A DNA stretch of 64,000 nt, taken from NCBI RefSeq assembly GCF_016026235.1, contig NZ_CP065613.1; one strand, given 5' to 3'. Positions 49,652 through 61,240 of this stretch are shown here, piece by piece. The notes beneath the pieces were generated by a model. The model had not been told where the DNA came from, did no database searches, and saw nothing but the letters and a program-made list of their open reading frames with translations. This stretch comes from Escherichia coli (GTDB lineage Bacteria > Pseudomonadota > Gammaproteobacteria > Enterobacterales > Enterobacteriaceae). The translations under genes were made by a program, and so were the position numbers. Position 1 is the first letter of the stretch. Every line of letters starts with the position of its first letter.

Positions 49652-50814
49652 TAAAGTTGTCCATTATGCGAAATAATGTTGCTAATTTCTTTTTCTATCG
49701 GACTGGTATCGATAACTAAAGCCTTACTGGTATAAGCCGGCATGGACGTCACGGTTGAAGCCAGCTCAGGCATCTCAGCAATGTCTTCGTTCTTCGTATC
49801 AATAGTTGCAGTCATCGATAAACCAATGCGCAAGGGGTGTTCCATGAGTTCTTTTGGATCAAGAGAAACTTCAACCGGTACACGCTGAACGATTTTGATC
49901 CAGTTCCCTGTCGCATTTTGTGCAGGTAATAAGGAGAACGCATTGCCGGTTCCCATATTGATCCCTGTCACCCGGCCATGAAACACAACATTCTCACCAT
50001 AAAGATCGCTGATAATATTGACCGATTGACCAATCCGTACATCCGTGAGTTGTGTTTCTTTAAAGTTGGCATTAACCCACATTTGACGTGCTGGTACGAC
50101 AGCCATTAACGATTGTCCGGGACTCACTGTTTCGCCGACCTGAACACTTCGCTGGGCAATATAGCCGGTAACCGGACTCTTAATATCCGTACGTTTAAGC
50201 GCCAACCAGGCTTCTTTGGTTGCATCCGCAGCTTCAACGACTTGTGGCTGACGGTTTAATGGTGTGTTCATTACTAAAGCTTTATTCGCTTTATAAGCCT
50301 GGATAGCGGCATTCAATGCCGCTTTGCTACTTATTAACGTATCTTTGGTATGCTCCAGCGTTTCTTTTGAAATAACCCCCTGCTTCGCTAACGGCACACG
50401 ACGGTTATAATCTTCTAAAGATTGTTGATACTGAATACGTGCTGAAGCGACTTCGGCACTGTATTGTTTATCCTGTAAGTACAGTTTATTCGTTTGCCGA
50501 ACAATATTTGCCAGATTATTTTTAGCTTTATTGAGTGCGATAGTGGCATCAGTTTTATCCAGTGAAACTAAAATGTCACCCTGTCGAACGTAGTTTGTAT
50601 CTTTATGATTAACTACAGTGACACTACCTGAGACTTGTGCAGAAATTGGATCTGCATTCCCCGTGACATAGGCGTCATCTGTACTAATCATGTCTTCTAA
50701 TTCCATTGACCAATAGGCATAAGCACCTGAAAACGCAATAAATAAAACTATCGCCAATAAAGAAAAGTATTTTCTTCTGTTAGAATGTTTTTTATTTGAA
50801 TTAATCTGTTCCAC
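49651..50814 (-). CDS. emrK: Multidrug efflux membrane fusion protein (EmrA paralog)
   Basis: 387-aa ORF MEQINSNKKHSNRRKYFSLLAIVLFIAFSGAYAYW...; its stop shares position 49651 with the emrY start. Confidence 0.88.
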   Translation of the reverse strand: MEQINSNKKHSNRRKYFSLLAIVLFIAFSGAYAYWSMELEDMISTDDAYVTGNADPISAQVSGSVTVVNHKDTNYVRQGDILVSLDKTDATIALNKAKNNLANIVRQTNKLYLQDKQYSAEVASARIQYQQSLEDYNRRVPLAKQGVISKETLEHTKDTLISSKAALNAAIQAYKANKALVMNTPLNRQPQVVEAADATKEAWLALKRTDIKSPVTGYIAQRSVQVGETVSPGQSLMAVVPARQMWVNANFKETQLTDVRIGQSVNIISDLYGENVVFHGRVTGINMGTGNAFSLLPAQNATGNWIKIVQRVPVEVSLDPKELMEHPLRIGLSMTATIDTKNEDIAEMPELASTVTSMPAYTSKALVIDTSPIEKEISNIISHNGQL

Positions 50815-50987
50815 TATTATCTCTCATTTCGCATAGATGAAATTTATGAATTGAATGAAAAGAGTATTCATTCTTCATATCAAACACAGTGCATGTGTTG
50901 CACATTATCCCAGGAACGTTGGAGGCCTAATTTAAATGAGGTGCAAAAAAAACAACAGAGGACTAAACCGTGGCTTTTGCAATACAA

Positions 50988-51005
50988 TTCTTACGCCTGT
51001 AGGAT
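50988..51005. promoter_or_regulatory. Putative EvgA box in the emrK-evgA divergent intergenic region
   Basis: TTCTTACGCCTGTAGGAT resembles the EvgA inverted-repeat consensus TTCYTACA-NN-TGTARGAA. Confidence 0.45.
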
Positions 51006-51229
51006 TAGTGAGAAGACTTATAGTGCTAACTTGAAACTATAAATCATCGGTATAATCCCTGATTTTATTGTTGACATTTCATATATGCCGACTATTTATA
51101 TGGTATACTTGTCGAATTATCTTAAAGGAAGCTCAAATTTTCTTATTTTTATTGAGAAAATGAGATGATGCCTTATGTCTGTATTACTACAGGGAGAAGG
51201 GAGATGCTTCATTGCAAAGGGAATAATCT

Positions 51230-51844
51230 ATGAACGCAATAATTATTGATGACCATCCTCTTGCTATCGCAGCAATTCGTAATTTATTGATCAAAAACGA
51301 TATTGAAATCTTAGCAGAGTTGACTGAAGGCGGAAGTGCCGTTCAGCGGGTGGAAACACTTAAGCCTGATATCGTCATCATTGATGTCGATATCCCCGGA
51401 GTTAACGGTATCCAGGTGTTAGAAACGCTGAGGAAGCGCCAATATAGCGGAATTATTATTATCGTCTCCGCTAAAAATGACCATTTTTACGGGAAACATT
51501 GTGCTGATGCTGGCGCTAATGGTTTCGTGAGTAAAAAAGAAGGCATGAACAATATCATTGCGGCTATTGAAGCTGCAAAAAATGGCTACTGCTATTTCCC
51601 TTTCTCTCTCAACCGGTTTGTTGGAAGTTTAACGTCCGACCAGCAAAAACTCGACTCCTTATCGAAACAAGAAATTAGTGTCATGCGCTATATTCTTGAT
51701 GGCAAGGATAATAATGACATTGCTGAAAAAATGTTCATCAGCAACAAAACTGTCAGCACTTATAAAAGTCGCCTGATGGAAAAATTAGAATGTAAATCAC
51801 TGATGGATCTTTACACATTCGCACAACGTAACAAAATCGGCTAA
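51230..51844 (+). CDS. evgA: Response regulator EvgA (LuxR/FixJ family)
   Basis: 204-aa ORF MNAIIIDDHPLAIAAIRNLLIKNDIEILAELTEGGSAVQRVETLKPDIVIIDVDIPG... Confidence 0.93.
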   Translation: MNAIIIDDHPLAIAAIRNLLIKNDIEILAELTEGGSAVQRVETLKPDIVIIDVDIPGVNGIQVLETLRKRQYSGIIIIVSAKNDHFYGKHCADAGANGFVSKKEGMNNIIAAIEAAKNGYCYFPFSLNRFVGSLTSDQQKLDSLSKQEISVMRYILDGKDNNDIAEKMFISNKTVSTYKSRLMEKLECKSLMDLYTFAQRNKIG

Positions 51845-51848
51845 CCAC

Positions 51849-54800
51849 ATGAAGTTTTTACCCTATATTTTTCTTCTCTGTTGTGGTCTTTGGTCGACCA
51901 TAAGTTTCGCAGACGAAGATTACATCGAATATCGTGGCATCAGTAGTAACAACCGTGTCACACTTGATCCACTACGTCTGAGCAACAAGGAATTACGTTG
52001 GTTAGCGAGCAAAAAAAATCTTGTGATTGCAGTACACAAGTCCCAAACGGCTACGTTGTTGCATACCGATTCGCAGCAACGGGTTCGTGGTATTAATGCT
52101 GATTATTTAAATCTTTTAAAAAGAGCGTTAAATATCAAATTAACACTCCGGGAATACGCAGATCATCAAAAAGCAATGGACGCGCTGGAAGAAGGTGAAG
52201 TCGATATAGTGTTATCACATTTAGTTGCTTCGCCGCCTCTTAATGATGACATTGCTGCAACCAAACCACTGATAATTACCTTTCCGGCGCTGGTCACCAC
52301 CCTTCACGATTCAATGCGACCGCTTACCTCATCAAAACCAGTAAATATTGCTCGAGTAGCAAATTATCCCCCTGACGAGGTAATTCATCAATCATTTCCA
52401 AAAGCAACAATTATCTCTTTTACAAATTTATATCAGGCATTAGCATCCGTCTCAGCCGGACAGAATGATTACTTTATTGGTAGTAACATCATTACCAGCA
52501 GTATGATTTCCCGCTATTTCACTCACTCCTTAAATGTAGTGAAATATTATAACTCACCGCGTCAATATAACTTCTTCTTAACCAGAAAAGAATCTGTCAT
52601 TCTTAATGAAGTACTCAATCGATTTGTTGATGCTTTAACAAATGAAGTTCGCTATGAAGTATCACAAAATTGGCTTGATACAGGAAACCTGGCCTTTCTG
52701 AACAAGCCATTAGAACTCACTGAACATGAAAAACAGTGGATTAAGCAGCATCCCGATTTAAAGGTGCTGGAAAATCCTTACTCGCCCCCCTATTCTATGA
52801 CGGATGAAAATGGCTCGGTTCGGGGCGTTATGGGGGACATTCTTAATATTATTACCTTGCAAACAGGTTTAAATTTTTCTCCGATCACCGTTTCACACAA
52901 TATCCATGCTGGAACACAGCTGAATCCCGGCGAATGGGATATATTACCCGGTGCTATTTATAGTGAAGATAGAGAAAATAATGTTTTATTTGCTGAAGCC
53001 TTCATAACAACGCCTTACGTTTTTGTCATGCAAAAAGCGCCTGACAGTGAACAAACATTAAAAAAAGGAATGAAAGTTGCCATTCCATATTATTATGAGC
53101 TTCATTCGCAATTAAAAGAGATGTATCCGGAGGTAGAGTGGATAAAAGTCGATAACGCCAGCGCTGCATTTCACAAGGTCAAGGAAGGCGAACTTGATGC
53201 TCTGGTCGCGACACAGTTAAATTCACGTTACATGATCGACCATTACTATCCTAATGAACTTTATCATTTTCTTATTCCCGGCGTTCCGAATGCATCGCTT
53301 TCGTTCGCTTTTCCTCGCGGAGAACCGGAACTTAAGGATATTATTAATAAAGCACTGAATGCAATCCCCCCAAGCGAAGTTCTGCGCCTGACCGAAAAAT
53401 GGATTAAAATGCCCAATGTGACCATTGACACATGGGACCTCTATAGCGAGCAATTTTATATTGTTACGACATTATCCGTTTTATTAGTTGGCAGTAGCCT
53501 TTTATGGGGATTCTACCTGTTACGCTCAGTTCGTCGTCGTAAAGTCATTCAGGGTGATTTAGAAAACCAAATATCATTCCGGAAAGCGCTCTCGGACTCC
53601 TTACCGAATCCAACTTATGTTGTAAACTGGCAAGGTAATGTCATTAGTCACAATAGTGCATTTGAACATTATTTCACTGCTGATTACTACAAAAATGCAA
53701 TGTTGCCATTAGAAAACAGTGAATCCCCCTTTAAAGATGTTTTTTCTAATACGCATGAAGTCACAGCAGAGACGAAAGAAAACCGAACAATATACACACA
53801 GGTATTTGAAATTGATAATGGCATCGAGAAAAGATGCATTAATCACTGGCATACATTATGTAATCTGCCAGCCAGCGAACATGCTGTTTATATTTGTGGT
53901 TGGCAAGATATTACCGAGACGCGTGATTTAATTCATGCACTCGAAGTAGAGAGAAATAAAGCGATCAATGCAACTGTCGCAAAAAGTCAGTTTCTGGCAA
54001 CAATGAGTCACGAAATAAGAACACCAATAAGCTCCATTATGGGCTTCCTGGAACTTCTGTCGGGTTCTGGTCTTAGCAAGGAACAACGGGTGGAGGCGAT
54101 TTCACTTGCCTACGCCACCGGACAATCACTCCTCGGCTTAATTGGTGAAATCCTTGATGTCGACAAAATTGAATCGGGTAACTATCAACTTCAACCACAA
54201 TGGGTCGATATTCCTACTTTAGTCCAGAACACTTGTCACTCTTTCGGTGCGATTGCTGCAAGCAAATCGATCGCATTAAGTTGCAGCAGTACGTTTCCTG
54301 AACATTACCTGGTTAAGATCGACCCTCAGGCGTTTAAGCAGGTCTTATCAAATTTACTGAGTAATGCTCTCAAATTTACCACCGAGGGGGCAGTAAAAAT
54401 TACAACCGCCCTGGTTCACATTGATGACAACCACGCTGTAATCAAAATGACGATTATGGATTCTGGAAGTGGATTATCACAGGAAGAACAACAACAACTG
54501 TTTAAACGTTATAGCCAAACAAGTGCAGGTCGTCAGCAAACAGGTTCTGGTTTAGGCTTAATGATCTGCAAAGAATTAATTAAAAACATGCAGGGTGATT
54601 TGTCATTAGAAAGTCATCCAGGCATAGGAACAACATTTACGATCACAATCCCGGTAGAAATTATCCAACAAGTGGCGGCTGTCGAGGCAAAAGCAGAACA
54701 ACCTATCACACTACCTGAAAAGTTGAGCATATTAATCGCGGATGATCATCCGACCAACAGGCTATTACTCAAACGCCAGCTAAATCTATTAGGATATGAT

Positions 54801-55442
54801 GTTGACGAAGCCACTGATGGTGTGCAAGCGCTACACAAAGTCAGTATGCAACATTATGATCTGCTTATTACTGACGTTAATATGCCGAATATGGATGGTT
54901 TTGAGTTGACTCGCAAACTCCGTGAGCAAAATTCGTCCTTACCCATCTGGGGGCTTACAGCCAACGCACAGGCTAACGAACGTGAAAAAGGGTTAAATTG
55001 CGGCATGAACTTATGTTTGTTCAAACCGTTGACCCTGGATGTACTGAAAACACATTTAAGTCAGTTACACCAGGTTGCGCATATTGCACCTCAGTATCGC
55101 CACCTTGATATCGAAGCCCTGAAAAATAATACGGCGAACGATCTACAACTGATGCAGGAGATTCTCATGACTTTCCAGCATGAAACGCATAAAGATCTAC
55201 CCGCTGCGTTTCATGCACTAGAAGCTGGCGATAATAGAACTTTCCATCAGTGTATTCATCGCATCCACGGTGCGGCTAACATCCTGAATTTGCAAAAGTT
55301 GATTAATATTAGCCATCAGTTAGAAATAACACCTGTTTCAGATGACAGTAAGCCTGAAATTCTTCAGCTGCTGAACTCTGTAAAAGAACACATTGCAGAG
55401 CTGGACCAGGAAATTGCTGTTTTCTGTCAGCAAAATGACTAA
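51849..55442 (+). CDS. evgS: Hybrid sensor histidine kinase EvgS (periplasmic binding domains, HisKA/HATPase, receiver, HPt)
   Basis: 1197-aa ORF MKFLPYIFLLCCGLWSTISFADEDYIEYRGISS...; H-box SHEIRTPISSIMGF. Confidence 0.93.
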   Translation: MKFLPYIFLLCCGLWSTISFADEDYIEYRGISSNNRVTLDPLRLSNKELRWLASKKNLVIAVHKSQTATLLHTDSQQRVRGINADYLNLLKRALNIKLTLREYADHQKAMDALEEGEVDIVLSHLVASPPLNDDIAATKPLIITFPALVTTLHDSMRPLTSSKPVNIARVANYPPDEVIHQSFPKATIISFTNLYQALASVSAGQNDYFIGSNIITSSMISRYFTHSLNVVKYYNSPRQYNFFLTRKESVILNEVLNRFVDALTNEVRYEVSQNWLDTGNLAFLNKPLELTEHEKQWIKQHPDLKVLENPYSPPYSMTDENGSVRGVMGDILNIITLQTGLNFSPITVSHNIHAGTQLNPGEWDILPGAIYSEDRENNVLFAEAFITTPYVFVMQKAPDSEQTLKKGMKVAIPYYYELHSQLKEMYPEVEWIKVDNASAAFHKVKEGELDALVATQLNSRYMIDHYYPNELYHFLIPGVPNASLSFAFPRGEPELKDIINKALNAIPPSEVLRLTEKWIKMPNVTIDTWDLYSEQFYIVTTLSVLLVGSSLLWGFYLLRSVRRRKVIQGDLENQISFRKALSDSLPNPTYVVNWQGNVISHNSAFEHYFTADYYKNAMLPLENSESPFKDVFSNTHEVTAETKENRTIYTQVFEIDNGIEKRCINHWHTLCNLPASEHAVYICGWQDITETRDLIHALEVERNKAINATVAKSQFLATMSHEIRTPISSIMGFLELLSGSGLSKEQRVEAISLAYATGQSLLGLIGEILDVDKIESGNYQLQPQWVDIPTLVQNTCHSFGAIAASKSIALSCSSTFPEHYLVKIDPQAFKQVLSNLLSNALKFTTEGAVKITTALVHIDDNHAVIKMTIMDSGSGLSQEEQQQLFKRYSQTSAGRQQTGSGLGLMICKELIKNMQGDLSLESHPGIGTTFTITIPVEIIQQVAAVEAKAEQPITLPEKLSILIADDHPTNRLLLKRQLNLLGYDVDEATDGVQALHKVSMQHYDLLITDVNMPNMDGFELTRKLREQNSSLPIWGLTANAQANEREKGLNCGMNLCLFKPLTLDVLKTHLSQLHQVAHIAPQYRHLDIEALKNNTANDLQLMQEILMTFQHETHKDLPAAFHALEAGDNRTFHQCIHRIHGAANILNLQKLINISHQLEITPVSDDSKPEILQLLNSVKEHIAELDQEIAVFCQQND

Positions 55443-55443
55443 A

Positions 55444-55482
55444 TAGCGGCTCCCACAATGTTCAAATGTGGGAGCTATTTAC
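55444..55482. terminator. Putative bidirectional terminator hairpin between evgS and yfdE
   Basis: GCTCCCACA-atgttcaaa-TGTGGGAGC stem-loop flanked by A/T-rich sequence, directly after the evgS stop. Confidence 0.4.
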
Positions 55483-55497
55483 CAGCACATCTTACAT

Positions 55498-56643
55498 TTA
55501 TGATGAGAACTCCTGGCGAATTTGCTCCCCATGCTGGTCGAGCGTTGCCGCTCCCGGCATAACATGCGGGTCCGCGCAGCCACTGATTTTTATCGGATTA
55601 CCCGGCATCATTATTCCCCCGGCTTCAATCAACATATTTCTCGCCTGAGTTTGTGGCAAATTAATGGCCTCAGCCACACTTAATAACGGCGCGACGGGCA
55701 CACCAACTTCATGTATTCTGGCTAACCAAACTTCAGCTGCCTGTGTTTTTAACGTCCGCTCAATATATTGTTTAAGAATAGCCTGGTTTTGTACGCGTAA
55801 AATATTGCTGCTAAATCGGGGATCATTAACCAGTTCTGTAAGCTCCAGTGCCTGGCATAACGCAGAAAAAAGCTTGTCATTACCACAACAAATCGTAATC
55901 GACTTATCCTGAGTATCAAAAACATCAAAAGGTGCCATGTAGGGATGGCGATTTCCCAGGCGTTGTGGTGACTTCCCTGTCGCAATATATGCCATCAGAC
56001 CATGCTCCAGAAAACTCAGCGTGGCATCAAACATCGCTATATCGACATGCGCCCCTCTCTGGCTCTTTTCGCGGCCATAAAGTGCACTCACTATTCCGCT
56101 GAATAAATAGACACCGCCGCATAGATCCGCAAGAGAGGTACCAACACGCACTGGCGGAGCATCAGGGTACCCTGTTTCCATCATTATCCCGCTCATTGCC
56201 TGAATGATGGTATCGTAGGCAGGAGCATCTTTTAGCGGACCGGTATGTCCGAAACCTGACGATGAAGCATATATGAGGCGCGGGTTGATTTCTTGTAACC
56301 TTTCCCATGAAAACCCCAGTTTTTCCATTGTACCTGGGCGAAAATTCTCAGCTAATACATCAGCTTGTTTAAGCATATTTATAAATATACTTTTATCGTG
56401 ATCATTCTTTAGATCAAGAACCACACTCTCTTTGCCATGATTATTAAAACTGTAATAGAGTGACTGTCCATCCACATAGGGGCCAAATGTGCGGGTATCA
56501 TCACCATGACCCGGCGGCTCAACTTTAATTACCCTTGCGCCCATATTACAAAGAAGTTGAGTTCCGAAAGGCCCATTAAGGACATGCGTCATATCGATAA
56601 CTAATAAGCCTTCAAACGGCCCTTTGCTTTCATTATTTGTCAT
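55498..56643 (-). CDS. yfdE: CoA-transferase family III protein (acetyl-CoA:oxalate CoA-transferase)
   Basis: ATG at 56643 gives MTNNESKGPFEGLLVIDMTHVLNGPFGTQLL..., 381 aa. Confidence 0.88.
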   Translation of the reverse strand: MTNNESKGPFEGLLVIDMTHVLNGPFGTQLLCNMGARVIKVEPPGHGDDTRTFGPYVDGQSLYYSFNNHGKESVVLDLKNDHDKSIFINMLKQADVLAENFRPGTMEKLGFSWERLQEINPRLIYASSSGFGHTGPLKDAPAYDTIIQAMSGIMMETGYPDAPPVRVGTSLADLCGGVYLFSGIVSALYGREKSQRGAHVDIAMFDATLSFLEHGLMAYIATGKSPQRLGNRHPYMAPFDVFDTQDKSITICCGNDKLFSALCQALELTELVNDPRFSSNILRVQNQAILKQYIERTLKTQAAEVWLARIHEVGVPVAPLLSVAEAINLPQTQARNMLIEAGGIMMPGNPIKISGCADPHVMPGAATLDQHGEQIRQEFSS

Positions 56644-56716
56644 TTGCTTATGCCTTGAAAAAAGCCGAAGGTGAAAAGACACTTCGGCATTTATGTAAAA
56701 TCAATAACATGATTAA

Positions 56717-57661
56717 TTATGAAACCAGTCGACTGACATAAATCCACAAGGGAGCCGTGACGACAAAACCCAGTACGCTCACAGCCAATGACGCTGTACC
56801 AGTGCGGGTGTAGACATTAAACCGGCTGGCAATAATGATTCCGGAGAATGCCGGCGGTAATGCGCCTGCCAGTACCATCATCTGCAGATGTTCGCTGTTC
56901 AAATGACATGCCATACCAACAAGAAGCAGCGCCAGTGGCATCAGAATCAGCTTCAGGAAGGTGTTATAAGCAATTTCGGCACTGAACTCGAATTTATGTG
57001 CAGCCAGAGTCAACCCCGCAGCGAATACCGCTACCCCTGAGTTAGCCTTCGCAATCAGATTAAAGGTTGGGTCCCATGCTGCCGGAATTTTTACCCCAAC
57101 CAGCACCAGGATCGTTGCCAGAACAGGTGCCCATACTACAGGCTCCTTTGCCGCAGAAATTAATGCGCTCAGATTACTATTCTTCTTACCATCCGCTCCT
57201 GAGGAAGGATTCAGCAAATACAGACCAATAGGAATAGTAATTGCGTTAACAATAATAGAAATAATTGCTACAACTAAACCTGTTGATACGGAATCACCAT
57301 AAATAGGGTCGAGAACTGCAAATCCCAGGAATCCAATAGTAGGTGAACCTGCAATTAATGCACATACAGCTGCTTCTGCATGAGTACGTTTAAAAAATTT
57401 GTAGCAACCGAACCAGGAGAAAAAGAAACATCCGACAATAACCACAAGTGATACAAGGGTCAGACGAGTGTCCGCAAAAATCATTTCCCTGTTTGCCCGG
57501 GTAATAGAAACAAATAGGGCTGCAGGAAGCGCGTAGTTTAATACCAGTTTATTAAATGCCCGGGCTTGATCTTCTGAAAATGTTTCTCGTCTGCCGCTAA
57601 AATAACCCAACAGCATGATTACGATAATAGGCAATAAATCGCCAATAAAAAATGTTAGCAT
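56717..57661 (-). CDS. yfdV: AEC-family membrane transporter
   Basis: 314-aa polytopic [34 protein letters not shown]... Confidence 0.88.
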
Positions 57662-57730
57662 AATAGTATTTCCGATAAGGGTCCCCTCACCATCGCATAA
57701 TGAGTTGGCAAGAGGAGACGATGTCAGTAT

Positions 57731-59425
57731 TTAATTACCAGCGACTTGTTTTGGGTTAAGTTTGGTAATATGGCCACTTTCAGTTCCTGCTGCAGGGTCG
57801 ATGACCACGTTAATAATGGTCGGTTTGCGCGACTGAATACCGGTGGTTAAAGCATGACGAAGTTCATCTGTCGTGGTTACGTTATAGCCAACGCCACGAA
57901 ACGCATCCATTAATTTGTCATACCTTGCATGGTGCAACAGATCTGTTGGTGATGGTGCACCAGCGCCACTGAGATCAACACCGTCTCCTCTGTAGATGCC
58001 GCCATTATTAAAAATAACGATCGTCACCGGCAGGTTATATCGACAAATCGTTTCAATCTCCATCCCACTGAAACCAAAAGCACTATCACCTTCAATGGCG
58101 ACAACCGGAGAACCAGAGGTCACGCTAGCACCGATGGCATAGCCCATACCGATGCCCATGACACCCCAGGTACCACAATCCAGACGACGACGTGGTTTAT
58201 ACATATCAATAATATTTCGTGCATTATCCAGGGTATTTGCACCTTCATTAACTAAATAAATATCCTGGTTCTCACGCAATACATCGCGCACAGCACTTAA
58301 TGCATTAAAGTAATTTAATGGTTGGGTATCTGTACTTAATTTTTCATGCATTTTTTGTGCATTTTGCTGCTTGTGGATATTTAAAATATCGCGCCATACC
58401 AGTGGAGTCGTAAATGTGTTTTGTTTCAGTTCTGCCAGCATACCTTGCATACTGGATGCAATATCGCCAACGACTGGCACAGCAATGGGGCGGTTGCTGT
58501 CAATTTCCTGCGGTTCAATATCCAGTTGAATAAACTGTGTATCTGCCGCCCATCCTTTTTTACCGTGTGCCAGTAACCAATTCAGTCGTGCACCAACAAG
58601 CATGACAACGTCAGCATTTGCCAGGGCAAACGAACGCGCAGCTGCCGCAGAAAGTGGATGCGTATCTTCGAGGATCCCTTTCGCCATAGACATTGGCAGG
58701 AATGGAATCTGGGCACTTTCAATAAATTCACGAAGCTGTTCGTCAGCTTGTGAATACGCCGCGCCTTTGCCAAGGATAATTAATGGCCGTTCAGCTTTTG
58801 CTAAAAGCGAAATTGCGCTAGTGACTGACTTCGGGCATGGCAATAATGCTGGCGACGGATTTTCAACTTTTACAATCGTGGTTAACGCTTCGTCTTTTTC
58901 CATCGTCGCGGCCAGGACATTTGCTGGCAAATCAAGATAAACTCCGCCAGGGCGACCCGATACTGAGACCCGGATAGCGCGTGCCAATGCAATGCCAAGA
59001 TCCTGCGGCTGATTAACGCGAAATGCAGCTTTGGCATACGATTTTGCCGCATTCATTTGGTCCAGCTCTTCATAATCACCTTGCTGTAGGTCGACGATCG
59101 CGCGGTCGCTGGAGCCGCTAATCATGATCATCGGAAAACCATTTACCGTTGCGTTGGCCAATGCGGTCAAACCATTGAGGAATCCTGGCGCAGACACTGT
59201 CAGGCAGATCCCTGGTTTTTGGGTAAGAAAACCGCTTGCCGCAGCGGCATAGCCTGCCGACTGCTCATGACGAAAACCAATATAACGAATGCCTTCCGCC
59301 TGGGCATGGCGCGCCATATCCGTCACAGGAATACCTACAACACCATAAATAGTGTCAATATTATTCTGTTTTAATGCTTCAACGATGATATGCATACCAT
59401 CTGTCATTTGAAGTTGATCTGACAT
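57731..59425 (-). CDS. oxc: Oxalyl-CoA decarboxylase (ThDP-dependent)
   Basis: 564-aa ORF MSDQLQMTDGMHIIVEALKQNNIDTIYGVVGIPVTDMA... Confidence 0.92.
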   Translation of the reverse strand: MSDQLQMTDGMHIIVEALKQNNIDTIYGVVGIPVTDMARHAQAEGIRYIGFRHEQSAGYAAAASGFLTQKPGICLTVSAPGFLNGLTALANATVNGFPMIMISGSSDRAIVDLQQGDYEELDQMNAAKSYAKAAFRVNQPQDLGIALARAIRVSVSGRPGGVYLDLPANVLAATMEKDEALTTIVKVENPSPALLPCPKSVTSAISLLAKAERPLIILGKGAAYSQADEQLREFIESAQIPFLPMSMAKGILEDTHPLSAAAARSFALANADVVMLVGARLNWLLAHGKKGWAADTQFIQLDIEPQEIDSNRPIAVPVVGDIASSMQGMLAELKQNTFTTPLVWRDILNIHKQQNAQKMHEKLSTDTQPLNYFNALSAVRDVLRENQDIYLVNEGANTLDNARNIIDMYKPRRRLDCGTWGVMGIGMGYAIGASVTSGSPVVAIEGDSAFGFSGMEIETICRYNLPVTIVIFNNGGIYRGDGVDLSGAGAPSPTDLLHHARYDKLMDAFRGVGYNVTTTDELRHALTTGIQSRKPTIINVVIDPAAGTESGHITKLNPKQVAGN

Positions 59426-59478
59426 GATTAATAACCTCGAAATTTTTATAAATTGGGAGCCAGAAGCCCCCGTTAATA

Positions 59479-60729
59479 TCAGATGGCGTGGTTTTGCTTC
59501 ATTGCAGCAATTTCATCGTCGCTATAACCCAGCTCCTGCAATACAGCAGCGGTATGTTCACCTAATAGCGGCGCAGCTTTAATATCCGGCGTAAAGTCAG
59601 AGAATTTCATTGGACAACCAACTGTCAGATATTTTCCACGCAACGGTTGTTCCACTTCGACAACACTGCCACTTTGGCGCAAAGAGGGATCAAGTGAAAT
59701 TTCTTTCATACTTAAAACCGGTGCACAAGGAATATCAAATTGAGTCAAATAGGCCACCGCTTCATGTTTATCAATAGTGACAGTGTATTTTTCGATTTCA
59801 GCAAAAATATCGAAAATATGTGGCTGTCGGGCATGGGCTGTACTGTATGCCGGATCGGTAATCCAATCTGGTTTGCCGATGGCTTTACAGGTGTTTTCCC
59901 AGTTTTGCTCCTGAATAGTGAAATAAATATAGGCGTTAGGATCGGTTTCCCAGCCTTTACATTTCAGGATCCAGCCAGGCTGACCGCCACCACCCGCATT
60001 ACCTCCGCGGGGAACTGCATCACCAAATGTGCCATTCGGATACTGCGGGTATTCTTCCAGATAACCCAATTTATCGAGACGCTGCTGGTCGCGTAATTTC
60101 ACGCGGCAAAGGTTCAATACGGCATCCTGCATTGACATGGTGACTCGTTGCCCACGCCCCGTTTTTTCGCGATGCAGCAAAGCAGCAAGTAAACCGATCA
60201 GTAAATGCATTCCGGTGTTGCTGTCTCCTAACGCTGCAGCGCTTACCAGCGGCGGACCGTCCCAAAAACCCGTAGTGGATGCCGCGCCACCCGCTGCCTG
60301 AGCAACGTTTTCATAGGCTTTTACATTCACATAAGGCGAACACTCATCAAACCCTTTGATCGAACCAAAAATCAGACGTGGATTGATTTCTTGAATATGC
60401 TCCCAGGTGAAACCCATGTGATCAATGGCCCCTGGATGAAAGTTCTCGACTAAGATATCAGCTTCGCGGATCAGCTTTTCCATTACCTCTTTGCCTTCCG
60501 CTGTTTTGGTATTTAACTCAATAGAACGTTTGTTACTGTTAAGCATGGTGAAGTAAAGCGCATCGATATCAGGAATATCTCGCAGCTGGTGACGCGTTAC
60601 GTCACCAACGCCGGGGCGTTCAATTTTAATGACGTCAGCGCCAAACCAGGCCAGCATTTGAGTACAAGATGGGCCAGATTGCACACCGGTGAAATCGAGA
60701 ACTTTAATTCCTTGAAGTGGAGTTGACAT
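59479..60729 (-). CDS. frc: Formyl-CoA:oxalate CoA-transferase
   Basis: 416-aa [49 protein letters not shown]... Confidence 0.92.
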   Translation of the reverse strand: MSTPLQGIKVLDFTGVQSGPSCTQMLAWFGADVIKIERPGVGDVTRHQLRDIPDIDALYFTMLNSNKRSIELNTKTAEGKEVMEKLIREADILVENFHPGAIDHMGFTWEHIQEINPRLIFGSIKGFDECSPYVNVKAYENVAQAAGGAASTTGFWDGPPLVSAAALGDSNTGMHLLIGLLAALLHREKTGRGQRVTMSMQDAVLNLCRVKLRDQQRLDKLGYLEEYPQYPNGTFGDAVPRGGNAGGGGQPGWILKCKGWETDPNAYIYFTIQEQNWENTCKAIGKPDWITDPAYSTAHARQPHIFDIFAEIEKYTVTIDKHEAVAYLTQFDIPCAPVLSMKEISLDPSLRQSGSVVEVEQPLRGKYLTVGCPMKFSDFTPDIKAAPLLGEHTAAVLQELGYSDDEIAAMKQNHAI

Positions 60730-60979
60730 AGCAATACCTATTAGTTAATTAAATATGTGTTAATTTAGCGTTTATTTAAGGCATAACGCCTCTATAAATA
60801 ATCCGCAAAATATCGTCGTAGCGGCACTCGATATTTTTACATTCCTGTATCAAGTACTGAAAATCATTTCATCGCCACTTCCAATTCCTTTCTGCATGGT
60901 AAGTAGTGAGGACGAAAAGAAGAATATGATAAATATTGCTTCGCGGTAATCAGAGAGAGCCGCGAGATTTGTGATGTTA

Positions 60980-60997
60980 TTCTTACAACTGTAAGAA
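60980..60997. promoter_or_regulatory. Putative EvgA box upstream of frc (perfect palindrome)
   Basis: TTCTTACAACTGTAAGAA is an exact TTCTTACA-NN-TGTAAGAA inverted repeat, about 250 bp upstream of the frc start. Confidence 0.55.
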
Positions 60998-61240
60998 GCG
61001 CCGGTGATTTACAAGAAAGGGTATGATTACGCTTTTTAAAGCGTACCATAAAATATAACATAATAAATGATTTGTGATGACGCGGGATTATTACGGTTTA
61101 CTTTGAGGAATATAAAATGCGAGTTTATAGCAGCGCGAGCGCCAAATAATTTTATGACCACAACCTGTCGTATTGTGGTCATAAAAAATTGTCGGCTGGA
61201 GGGAGTTAAATCCTTTACCTCAATATACTGCCTGTCAGCA

